A DNA stretch of 64,000 bases from the NCBI RefSeq assembly GCF_011745625.1, contig NW_027191479.1, positions 186,001 to 250,000 on the forward strand, given 5' to 3'. Source of the stretch: Cladosporium halotolerans (taxonomy: Eukaryota). The notes under the pieces were generated by a model, which did no database searches, had not been told where the DNA came from, and saw only the letters and a program-made list of their open reading frames with translations. Both the position numbers and the translations under genes were made by a program. Each line of letters starts with the position of its first letter. The stretch's first letter is position 1. This document shows, piece after piece, positions 1-11,797 of the stretch.

Positions 1-535
1 CGCAGAAATACCAATGCCAGCCCAAGGACATCATAGAAGCCGTCGTTGACCCCGAGACCGGAAACTCCACTCTCCACTACTGCGCCGCGAACGGCCTGAC
101 AGGTTCGTCTCGAATGCCACCGCATTTCACAAGAATCACCCCGCTGATCGAGAAAATCTACCAGACCTCTTCCCCGTCCTCACATCCTACTCCTCCTCGC
201 CCGCCACTTTCATCAACCGCCCGAACTCCCAAGGCAGCACGCCGCTGCACTGGGCGGCTCTCAACGGCCACCTGGCCGTCGTCAAGGCCCTCGTCGCCGC
301 CGGCGCCGACATGTGGACGAAGAACGAGGCCGGCCACCTGGCGATGTTCGAGGCCGAGCGCGCGGACAAGAACGACGTCGTGCAGTTCTTGCTCGAGGCG
401 GGCGGCAAGGAGGTCGAGAGGGCGGGCGCAGAGGGCGGCGCGAGCGAGGAGGATATGAGGGATATGCAGGTTGAGGAGGATGCGGGGGAGGGCGGGAGTG
501 GGGATGTTAAGATGAGTATGGGCGATACGAGCTGA
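1..535 (+). CDS. YAR1: Ankyrin-repeat protein, Yar1-like (5' truncated by window edge)
   Basis: Splicing intron 103..164 (GT..CAG) gives GNSTLHYCAANGLTD...GSTPLHWAALNGHLAVVKALVAAGAD...: two ankyrin repeats followed by an acidic tail, the Yar1 architecture. Confidence 0.75.
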
Positions 536-1791
536 ATTTCACCTCGAAGGATACTCGGGGGAATGGTATTTTTGCAGCTGGGGAGGCTGGCGTTCTGCCT
601 GAATGCCCCGCGAGGAATGATTTAGGGAAGGACGATGTTGGATTGTGACAAGTCGGTGTTTTTGCCAGGTCCGCGTGCTTCGGAGGACTAAAACGGCTGG
701 CTGGAAGCCGAACTCGATACCCTGCAATCCGAAGACGAAGGCTGAGCCCGGACATTATGGCGCTACAGATCGCTGCCTGACTGACTGTGCACACCAATAC
801 TACAGAGAGTGCTGTTAGATCTATAGGGAAGACCACACACTTAGAAGAGCAAGTCCGCGGGCTCAACGCTTGTTTCAACCCGATCTCGGAAGCAATCGTA
901 ATTCATTTGAGATATCGAGATATCCGAGGATGCATTGAAATTTTTACAGATCTCTCGCTCCTGAGGCCGCATTTACAGTAGATCCGCCGAGACGACCGCC
1001 TTCAGGCTGCATCTCCCAAGGCGTTCCTGAGTTGCCTGCTTCAGATACATCTGCGAGACGTGATACGAGACTTGGCAACAACTCCGCCCAAACAAAAGAC
1101 TCCCACGTCGCCTTTCCAGTCACGAAAAATCTCTCCCTCATCGTAGAGCGGACCACGAAAATTGTGAATTAGAATGTCTCAAGACCGAGGAGACGATTAT
1201 GGTCAATACCGGTTGCCGCATCTACCAAGCTGCCAAGTCGCCAGCTCACAGCTCATGGCCTGGGTCTGCAGCTCAGCCGCACGCACGGCAATCCGGGCGA
1301 TCCTCCATGTAACACACTAAGCAGCTCCCTACTTCTAAATCCAGCGATCGAATGCAAGGACGCACCAATCACAGCATGAGTTGGAACAGTCGAACCTTGC
1401 CTCTCGCAGCGGGTTCTCCGAGCACGCCAAGTAAATCGAGAGCTAAGCCAATGACACGTTCGGCAGATATATTGCACTGCGGCCAGGATTCAGATCCTAG
1501 TAGACATACTAGTGGGCTAGCCAGCGGCGCGTCTATTTCAGCAAGTCTCTGATCTTGGTCCTGAGCCGAGTCATATCTCGTCTAAGCCTTCCACGGGTTG
1601 TTTGCAAATTAACAAACGCCCTCATGTCGTTTCATTCTACCTCCTAGCTGTCTTCGAGAACGAATCGCCCCAGTTCCTATTTTGCGTATCCTGGACACCA
1701 TATGCATTTGAACGTCTAGAGGTTGTGGTTCCTTGGATTTCTGTCAACGCAATAGCAGAGCGGCTGAATATTTTCCGAGTCTAGGTCGCTC

Positions 1792-3970
1792 ATGATGACA
1801 GCTGTGACATCGATGTCGACTGGCCTCTACCCCATCGCAAATACCTCGTCCTCTTTCACAGGATGTGAACCTTGCCTTTTCATGAGCATCTATCCTGCGA
1901 TTCTTACTTGGGGGCCGGCGGACTCGTCAATCGCGCCTGTACAGACTGTCCAAGTCACGGTGGATCCGAATCGAAATACCACGATCACCTCGACTCTCTG
2001 CAACTCGTCGCCACTTACTGATTACCAACGGTCTGGGATCTTAGAATATGGTTTAGACGCCAACTGCACCCCGGTGGTAAGTGTGCAGGCTCGAGAGTGG
2101 GGATATGAGACCAGGTGAGTTGCGCCACAGACATGAAACTCATTGTTGAGCGTCGTACTTACCTGTAATAGCACAGTGAGCGGGTCCGTAATGACGACGA
2201 TCAAGCCTGAGGATAATTATTCATGGGTGACTCAGTGAGTTCTTGCTAGGGGATACCTGGAGGAACATCACGCTCATGGAATACAGCACTTTGACGGATT
2301 CTGCTCAAGCAGTCGTCGACTTCGGAGGTAGTGTCGGAGTTCAAGGAGAGCTATCGACTACTGATAGCGATGGATCGCCCACTTGTATCGAAAATTGGTC
2401 GACCGCGAACCGTGATGGCTTGGGAGTCTATTATGGTCCAGTGTTTGCAACGACCGTGCAGGTGCACTACACTTCGTCCTCAGAGGTCTACACCGGTATG
2501 AGGGACGTGTACTACCTGCCGGACTTGTCAAAGAACATGCCAGCACTTGCGGCGTGGCAACAATGTTCATACATCTTTTCGGCGGCGCCTCCGCTTGCGT
2601 TGACGCCTATGAATCAGATTGAACTACCGGCAAAGACGCTTCCGCTGGCCTCGCCCACTTCCACGAAGCAGAGCTCGCCGACTTCTACAGCAGCGCAGCC
2701 TGGTTCAAGTGGCGGAATCGACCTTCCCGCAAGTACTTCGACAGTGGTTACCAGCTCGACGACCGATGGCCCTGATTCTGACTCTAGCCCCTCAGCTATT
2801 GCTCGCCCTACGTCAACCCGTGAAGTCACGACCTCGGAGCCAGCTCTCGAAGCGCAGAGCGGCGGCGATCAAATCCTGTCCTCGAATGATAAGATAGAAA
2901 GCTCTCCGGACACTGCGCGTCCTTCTTTTCCAGCCCAAGCATCTGGTTCTCCCTCGCAGTCCCCAGAAGATACTGTTTCGTCTATTCAGATCGTGGCGGT
3001 CAATTCGGTCGACATCACTCGCCCTTCCAGCCGTACGATTGCCGCCGAAGGAGGATCCAGCATTCAGGACGTGGGTGCCATCGACTCTATGGGGGACGAC
3101 TCGAACGCATATGTTGTCGGCAGCAGAACAACGATCAGCGCAAATGGTCCACCGGTAACAATAGCTGCCACGGTCTACTCCGCTTTGCCGTCAGGCTCTG
3201 GTATCATCGCAGCCGAAGAAGATTCGGCAGACGAATTCGCTTCATACATCAATCTCGGAATTTCTGGCGAGCAGTTCCCGCCCGAGGTCGACAATGCGGA
3301 ATCAAATCGGGTTGTAACAGAGGCCCTTGCTACCCTTGTAAACGGGCAGCAAGCGGCGACTATCTCGGGAACGACCTTCAATGTTCTTCCATCGGACGGC
3401 GGCGTCATTGCAGTTGCCAACGGTGCATCTACAACTATTACTGCTCTCGACAGGGCAACCACACCGTCCACATCGCCTCTGGCCGCGAGCGTTGAGGGCT
3501 ATGCGAATGCTTTCGCAATTGGGGGGACCGTCACGATCTCTGCAGGAGGATCCGCCGCTTCTGTCTCTGGCACCACTTACTCAGCTCTATCCTCGGCGTC
3601 TGGCCTGCTTGTCATGGCGGAAGGAGTCTCAACAATTTGGACCAACTCAGCATCTGCTCAATCAGTACCTAATAGACCCACAAGTGCCTACATAGTTGGT
3701 GGTGTCGCTCCGATCTCCGCCGGCGGCTCAGCTGCTGCAATCTCGGGTACAACGTACTCCGCTCTACCGTCTGGCGGGATACTCGTCGCCGCGAACGGCA
3801 CATCGTCTTCCCGCTCACCGGATGAGATAATGAGATCGGATCCAACAGGGAATCTCAATGAAGACGACGACGTGGTGCCGTTCACTGGGGAAGCTTTCAG
3901 GATGGCGATTTGGTCGATGGCAGCTATATCTTGGACCTTTGGGACTGCGATAAGCTTATTGTTCGCATAA
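1792..3970 (+). CDS. Ser/Thr-rich, probably GPI-anchored cell-surface protein with internal repeats
   Basis: ORFs 1792..2118 and 2243..3970 are joined through small introns. Ser/Thr/Pro-rich stalk, four ISAxG..xISGTTYSALPSGxG-like repeats, and a C-terminal PFTGEA plus hydrophobic tail typical of a GPI signal. Start is uncertain (no clear signal peptide). Confidence 0.65.
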
Positions 3971-3985
3971 TTAATTGCATCGCTT

Positions 3986-5923
3986 CTAGTCATTAGGAAA
4001 GGTTCCTTCTGCAACGGAGAACAGCACCGTATCATCCGCCATCCACTCGTCGGACTCGACTTCAAATCTTACAGCTTTCAAGCTTTTGAGTTCCACAGCT
4101 CGTGCCAAAGCATCCACATAGCCGTCGGTGAAGAAGCAAAGCTTGCCGGGTGCTTGTGAGTTGAGCGTTGCTTCGCACATGAGCTTCGTGAAGTCGGTGA
4201 GATTGCGAGTGTGCTCACGGTCAGAGCGATTTTCGAGCACCTGCAGGCCATCGATCACATACAGTACTGATCTTGTGACAAGAATTTGAAGATCGCTCAT
4301 CAAAGAAAGACTAATAGCTGCATCGGTGTCTGTTCTCATCGCCAACTCAAATCGCTCCGGGGACAAGTCAACCGCGGTGGACACACGTGGCGGCAAGGAG
4401 GAGACTAATTGAACAATCAGGCTCCTGGTCATCTCTCGTAAAGCCTGTCTATGGCTCCGTGTTTCCTGAGAGTTACAGAAATAAAACGCAACACAGTGAC
4501 GCTGCTGCAGTAGTGCGGTCAAGGCAGCGGAGGTGAGGGTGTTCTGTGAGGGCGTCGACACGGCAGCCGGGCCTTCGATCCAATGAGTCACTGATTTTGA
4601 GTCGAACATCATTTCTCGCAGTGCTTTTGTCACTTTTCGATCAACTTGTAGATGTGCAGCCCGTTCAAGCAGTCTCTGAAGTTCGTCGTGCCCCTGCTTC
4701 CGTTCGTCTAAGTCGAGTATCTTGGATAAGATCTCATGCTGTTCAAACGTCCGCGAGGTCTCCCCGACGATGCTTTCTACATCCTCTCCATCGGCAGACG
4801 AGAGTAGATGCTGAGCTGAAGGAGGCTCGGCGATCATCCGTCGCTGATACCTTTCTGCGTCAACAACATACTCTTCGAACTGGACCTGAAGATCCCGACC
4901 GAGCCGATACAGCATATCTTTGACCTCTTTCGAGTTCCCTTCGAAGAGCTGTTTCAGCTGAGAGATATCTTCCTGCGTTTTTGCATGTTCATGATCTCGA
5001 ATGACATCGTCGAGCTTTGAGGTCAGCCGGGCCAGCTTGTCCTTGTGAGGCTGAAACAGCTTGCTCAGGGAGTTTCTGTCGAAGCTTTTCATGAATCGTT
5101 TTCCCTTGGACGCGTACCATTCCGTGAAGATGTCGGTCAAGAATTGAAAGACGATCGTGTACAGCTCGCGGACCTTGTCCCTCACCAGTGGAAGGTCCAG
5201 ATGCTTAAGCACCCTCTTCTTCCAATGTGCGATATCCTCGCACAGCTGCTCGAAGCATTCCGAGAGTGCTAGAGCGGTATCTTCGTGTCGAACGAATGCC
5301 TACTGAGTGTTAGAAAACTCCGCCAAAATGAGAAAAGGCTGTTCCCATACCTGCACGATGGCTGACATGGAACCTGCAACCAGCGAAGTGTACTTGTCAT
5401 TAGACGGTATGATTGCCAACAGGTCACTGTGATCATTTGCTGATCTGCTCATCTTCGCAAAGAACACCTTCATCCTTCCCCACCTAGTTTCCTCGCGTTG
5501 CGTCTGCCAGCTGGCGGAAGCCGATTTGATGACATCGAACAGCACAGACATCTGGGGTGGCGTATCATGCAAAAGAGCACTCTGGCCGGCCGGCAACGAC
5601 AGCTGGAATCTTTTCCAAGCTCTGGCAAGCTGTGTGCTACATCTCAAGAGCTGCTCTTCTCCCGGTTCAGAGGCTCTATGGGCGTGTCAGTAATTCAACC
5701 AAAATAGCGAAAAGATCTCCGCTCAGTCTCACATTTGCGACAAGTGATCTACGTCAGAAAAGAGCAGCGGCCATTCCAGACTCAGTCGCGCAGACTTCTC
5801 CTCCTGCTCCCGGTCATGCTGAATCTTCCAGCTCAGACTCTTGACAAGGGTTCGATTTGGACCGTCTGTATCAGCCTCTCCCTGCAGACTGTCGCTGAAG
5901 TTGCGGACCAACGTCTTAGACAT
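3986..5923 (-). CDS. Protein with fungal NACHT-associated N-terminal helical domain and a degenerate NACHT-like P-loop module
   Basis: ATG 5923; introns at about 5732..5677 and 5350..5300. Contains LLAIIPSNDKYTSLVAGSMSAIVQ, then WIEGP-AAVS (no GKS), VAFYFC, RSLIVQLV and VLYVIDGLQVLE, which follow the NACHT motif order. Confidence 0.6.
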
Positions 5924-6652
5924 CAGTGAGCTTGGAAAACGCACTCCTGTGTGTATGTTATTGTAGAGCCAGATAAGTAGCAACCGCGAGCGGGAATCCT
6001 GATTTTACTCCGCCGCCGGTCTCGTGTCATCATGTGATGCTTCGAAGTCGAAGCTTCAGCGATCGGAGGCAGAGAGAGATCTGTGGGTTCACCGATGGCC
6101 GGCAGCAAATGCGGCGATAGCGAGTTTAGCGAGCTTACGCACAGCGAACTACTGCAAAGACAACGCATGCAAATATATCTTTTCCAGCTCCCTGCAGTGC
6201 TGTTTGGCGTCCACCAATGAGATCGGATCAACAACCGCCAGCGGCGTCTTGGGACCGCTACAGCAGCTGATCTTTCATCCTCGAGTATGGCAGATATGGG
6301 GTCTGGACTTGCTTACAGGTTCTGTTACAGCTAAAAGTCATTGATGTTATGGATATCGGCTGATAGCTTACTTTTCTCTGTTTTTGGCCTGCGGCTGACC
6401 AGTCATCTAGCCCGCTAGGTGAGCGAGAGCGTTCCTCAGCGACTTGCTAACAGCCTTGCAGCATGCAGCCAGGGTGTGTGTCGATCACGGACTCCACGCT
6501 TGCATTAGTGGCGGAACGATAACTGCTTATGTAGAGTCGAAAATGTCAAGGTTGCAGTCTCATGCTCCAGCCGCCCATTCCCTCGGATACATCATAGCGA
6601 GACAGTCGGCATTTCCTCCTACTTGTAGCGAAAATTGCACCACGAGAACAAC

Positions 6653-9523
6653 ATGGATCGTGTTGGGCCTTATCTTGACAGCATGGAAGCTCAAACAGGT
6701 TGGCAAAAAGACGCAGGGCACTCTACTCATTCACTGACCACCAGCGCAGCTGATCACGATCCTTGGCCAAGCTCTGAACGACGAGATCCATTCAACGAAA
6801 CGATGATGGACGATGAGATCTTCATTCGGCAGCAAGAAGATCTTAGAATCTCCAGTATCCCACCAAGATCGCGTGTATCGCGATCTCCCAGTTTCAGTGC
6901 ATCGTCTTCTGCCAGTGAAATGTCTAAGGATGAGGCAGAAGAATCTCAAGTGGAAGCTGATATCGTGTACACGCTTGCCATTCGCAGAAGATTCGATGAA
7001 AGATCTCCCGGACGAGTTGTTAACGACGAGCAAATGAGACAGGATGTTCCATTTGACATACCACTCTGCGTTGAATCCCCGGAGAAACCAATGAGTGGCT
7101 TCGATAGTCGCGCAACGCTTCCGTCACGGACCCGCAGATCATCCAAGATCCTCGAAGTGCTCACAAAGGTCTTGGATGCCCGCTACAGCTCAAGGGAAAT
7201 GTCAAAGATTCGTCGTCTGAAGGATTCGCCTCGACCTGCGATCAGCGAATTGCGTCTATCGCGCATCGCGCGACGCTTAGTTCTAATACACTCGGACTAC
7301 ATCAAACAGATACTCGGAGGCCTTATTGAGTACTACCCCGAAGCGGCGGACTGGCAATCAGCGCATCCTGTCGAAATCGAAGAACCATTTCATGTCCTGA
7401 TGCACCACTACTCGGGTATACAATCCTGGATTGGAGCCAATGAGAAACAAATCACCCAGCAAGAAAACAATACCGGAGACAGAGCTGCGCAGCTGAAGCA
7501 CATGCACGTCTTGGATGGCTTCCTGCGCGACGGCTACCAGGACAACATACTACCAACGGTTGCGTTACTATCAGCAACGACACCGACCATCAATTTTGAG
7601 ATGCTTTGGTACTTGTTCAGACCAGGGATTGACGTATATCTGCAAACGTCAGAGGGTATCTCTGTTGCTGTCGTATACAAGGTGGAACGTGAAATCATCG
7701 CAATCGACAGACCGTATCGTCGATGGTATCTCAAATGTTGGAGAATGGCTGCTAATGGCTCTCGCGTCGCTCGAGTCCCGTGTATTGGTGTCATTACCAG
7801 GTACGACGGGTGTCGAGAAGTTACATCCTTGCCAGTTTGCCCCACCGACGACTGGGATGTTCACGACAACGGTTCTCGACGAGCTAAGATCATACAAAGG
7901 AACAAGATCTATTTGCAGGCACTTCAGAAAGGCAGCTTGCATGTGCACTACGATGGTCCCGACCTGAGTGACGGCCGCCACGTGAGTATAAACATTCGTG
8001 AAGTGGAGCATTCAAATTGCATTTGGCTGACTAGAACAGTACTCCGGCAAAGTCGTGATTGATCATTCCCGAGCATGGAACCTCGACGGCGAGGTCAGCC
8101 CTCACACGCCAGTATTTGATCAAGTCCAGGACTTTAGCAAAAAGTTTGCTGCATACGACCGCATTTTCATAATCAACGACAGGGCCAAAAGACTGACCAA
8201 GCGGGGGAAAATGCCAGCCGCCACAACCACTGCAGATTTGTGGAGTTCCGCCGCCACGGCAGGAGCAACTGCGAGTGTCGGTGCCGGTGATTTCACGGTC
8301 GATTGGGAAGAAACCGACGAAGACAATCAATTTAACACTCTGACCGATCACCAATTGTTGCTGCTTCAACCAGAAGCCCTAGCCTTTGCACTGAGTGCGA
8401 AAGATTGGAGTGAGTAACACCCATTCCTAAAGAAAACTTTTACTGACAAGCCGAAAGTGTACATAAGCATGGATTACGTTCGTCCACTGCAGTCTTCCCC
8501 CGACAGTATCGACAATCTTGTCCTCGTCGATCCGCATGCTCTTGAAACTATTCAAGCTCTCTCCATGAAGCAGACCTCTGCGTCCCGCTCATGGTCGGCT
8601 GATTTCATTGAAGGCAAAGGAACAGGTCAGATCATCTTACTGCATGGTGAGTTACCCAAATTGGTTGAAGGATCACTCTGATCGCCCATAGGACCTCCTG
8701 GAGTCGGAAAAACGTACACTGTTGGTAAATTTGAGCCCTCCTACGTGACAAAACCATCGATCGAGCTAACACTACTACGTAGAGAGCATTGCTGCTTGGC
8801 TGCAAAGACCTCTTCTGGCACTCACCGTCGCCGACATTGGCACGAAAGAGGTCAAAGTCGAACAGGAATTACTGAAGTGGTTCGATATTGCCGAATCTTG
8901 GAACGCTGTGCTGCTGGTCGATGAAGCTGATATATTCCTGGAACAACGGAAAACTCGAGATCTGGCCAGGAATGGTCTGGTGTCTGGTATGGATATAGAC
9001 TCGTTCTATATTGGAGACTCACACTGACCCTTTGCCAGCTTTCCTGCGACGCATGGAGTACTTTAGCGGTCTGCTGTTTCTCACGACAAACCGTGTCGGA
9101 CAAATCGACGATGCGTTCATGTCCAGAATTCATGTCGCCATCGGATACGAGGGCCTAACGCCAGAAGCACGGCGTAAGATCTGGTCTGGCTTTTTCAAGA
9201 AGCTCAAGAAAGAGAAAGGAGACAAAGTTTACGTCGGCAAGAATGCCCAAGAATATGTACTCGACAGCGAAGAAGTGAGAAAGATTGACCTCAATGGCCG
9301 TGAGATCCGCAATGCTCTACAGACCGCGCTTACCTTGGCAGAATACGACACTGTGGGCGAGAACAAGGACTTTGTCATTATCGAGGAAGGGCATTTCAAA
9401 AAAGTCTTGGGCATGGCTGACAAATTCCATAAGTATGTGGGAAGTATCAGGCGGGAGAACGAGGCGAAAAGGGCCCAGGGAAGAGGCGATCGAAACGACT
9501 TTCCGACAGATGATAATAGCTAG
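6653..9523 (+). CDS. Fungal AAA+ ATPase with long N-terminal domain (DUF7025-type)
   Basis: Six exons. After splicing: GKGTGQIILLHGPPGVGKT (Walker A), VLLVDEADIFLE (Walker B), FLRRMEYFSGLLFLTTNRVGQIDDAFMSRIH and LNGREIRNA. N-terminal part contains FEMLWYLFRPG. Confidence 0.9.
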
Positions 9524-10582
9524 GTCTGGGACAAAGGAGGCAATGCGCAATGAAAGTGTCTTTTGTTTAATGCCCTTCGCCCAATAGATTCCGTTCGAAA
9601 GCCTTTCGCGGATTTTAGCTGTCAATGAGAGCAACTCTGAGCAAACCCGTCGAGTGTACAGAGCTGCCGCACGCAGAAGACCCTAGTCGCGACATCAGGT
9701 CCTAGGAGTGTACAAGCTCGCATGTGCAGCTGTTAGTCTGAGCATACCTTTGCCGCCGTGGTCTGAACTGTCTTGTTACGCCCTGGAAGTTGCAAACCTA
9801 GCCTGTGAATGTTCGCTAGCACATCGGAGGACCAACTATTCCTCGTGAGGTTGTCTTCAAGAAGCATCAAACATTGATCAATCTTATTATGGGCTTTCAG
9901 GAGTGCTATGACTTGCGATGCGGTGGGAAACCGTGCGGTCGGTCAATAACGTAACGCGCGCTGGCTTATCCACGGACCATGGGGTCCTGCTGCTTAACAG
10001 AAGCAGACATCACACATTCACCAGTGAGATTCTGAACGACCAAAAGCTCAAAAGCCGCATCATGGCTAACCTGTGTACTGTAGTCAACCTCATACCTACA
10101 TCCAAAAGAGCAGCAACCAATCGATCGGTAGAGCAACTACAACTCCACAGGCAAAGTACAGGACATCCTTCGGTCGAGCTTCCATAGATCTGCTGCAATG
10201 ACTGGCATCACCTACATCTTCAAGAAGATCCGCGTCGGCACGGTTGTCAAAGACGGCAAAGAAATCGTTCTCTCTGTCGCAACGAAGACTCAAGCCTGGA
10301 CTAGAACCGAGGTGGCTAAGGGGCAGGGCTGGGGGTTTCGCGCGGCGGTAGAAAAGACTCTCGATCAGGTGGCTTCTGACACGAGGGAGATTTGCTCGAG
10401 GTATCGCTTTAGTTGTCGGGGTAACTTGGCAAGGTTACTGATTGATCCTGCAGGGACAGTGTCCATCCCAGCACAGACCCACGCCAATACTACTCCGCTC
10501 TTGAACTCAAGAAGGTTGCTCCGGATGATGACATTCCAAAGGACGGAAAAATCACGCATTTTCTGGTAAAAGACACTCAGAC

Positions 10583-10586
10583 GAAG

Positions 10587-10616
<30 letters not shown>
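10583..10616 (+). repeat. (GAA)11 microsatellite
   Basis: Perfect GAA tandem run read directly from the sequence. Confidence 0.95.
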
Positions 10617-10617
<1 letters not shown>

Positions 10618-10887
10618 GACCAAGTAGGCGGTAACGATTAGTTTACGACTCATGCCTTCGGATGATCGATGCTTCAGTGGTGTTTGATTTTTTGTATGGC
10701 GATGTATTGAGAGCAGCATGATACCCACAGATGGCTGGATCCAGTGTTTGTATTTTCCTTCGATCGATGCTACGAAAAATGTGCCAGGATGTTGTTGAAA
10801 AGGGGCACGATACTAGAAATTCTGGGCTTTCAACAAAGAAGGTCCTAGACATCGGGATATTCGTTTAGCGTTGATGCGATAGCACAT

Positions 10888-11427
10888 TCAATCCTCTTCA
10901 AACCAGACATCGTTGAGCAGGTCTTCCACTCTCGACCTCGCCCTTGGGTCGAGCTTCATCATCTTGAGTAGAAACCTCTTGTCCACTTCTGAGACTTCTT
11001 TGTTGGCCGTCCTCGCAAACGGCCTGAAAGTCTCCGGCGGACTGTTGGTCATCAGCCAAGTGGCAATTTCGAGCTGCTCTTCGCCTGCGATTTCTTGGAA
11101 AGAAATTGGAAATGGGCCGAAATGGCGGACGTGTCGCAGAAGAATTTTGATCTCGTAGTCTTCGTGGTCAATACCGACGTCAGGCTGACAAATATGAAAG
11201 TGCTCGCCATAGATCAAGCTGAATGCTCTGAGTGCTTGACGATGACTGACTGGTTCAATCGGTTGGTTGCGCTGATCTTGTTAGGATCACGGCTTCGAAA
11301 GTGAGGCATTGTGCATGGATGCTTACGTTGCTAGCCAGATTGCATTTTCGAGCTTGGAGGTGATCTTGTATGAGCCGATCTTGTATGAGCCGATCTTGCC
11401 TTTCAAGACTTGCCCGAGACTCAGCAT
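10888..11427 (-). pseudogene. Ser/Thr protein kinase remnant with internal deletion
   Basis: The N-lobe start (MLSLGQVLKGKIGSYKIGSYKITSKLENAIWLA, intron, ...QSVIVK) abuts the C-terminal part (LIYG...RHFGPFP...FLLKMMKLDPRARSRVEDLLNDVWF) out of frame. The catalytic loop and DFG region are absent. Confidence 0.7.
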
Positions 11428-11797
11428 GGCGAACGATCGATGTAGTTCCGACGGGATGCCTCTTGTTATTGCTTGTGCAATGCGGAGTGAACTGTTGTGG
11501 TTGTGGCAACAAGATAGGTTGCGCGAGCGTCGAGGGAAGTTGCGAGGCGGAGAACGTCAGTCGTGTGACCAACGCGCTGCGCGAACGATTAGCCTTCACT
11601 GCCGCCTTTTTCTGAGCCATCGCGCTTCACTGTAGGTTTCCTGATACCAGCCCTTGATCGGGTTTGCGTTCATAGTAATGTATACAAGCTCGTGTATGGC
11701 ATGGTCCTAACTCCAAAGCCTTGTGCCCATCAATATTATCTCCCAGACTTGCCCAAAACACATACACTTACGTAGTAACTTCATAAAGATCCCACAC

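Noticed and set aside
10010..10569. ORF MTGITYIFKKIRVG... (123 aa)
   Set aside because: Looks somewhat protein-like but has an in-frame stop just upstream and no recognisable domain; at best a degraded fragment.
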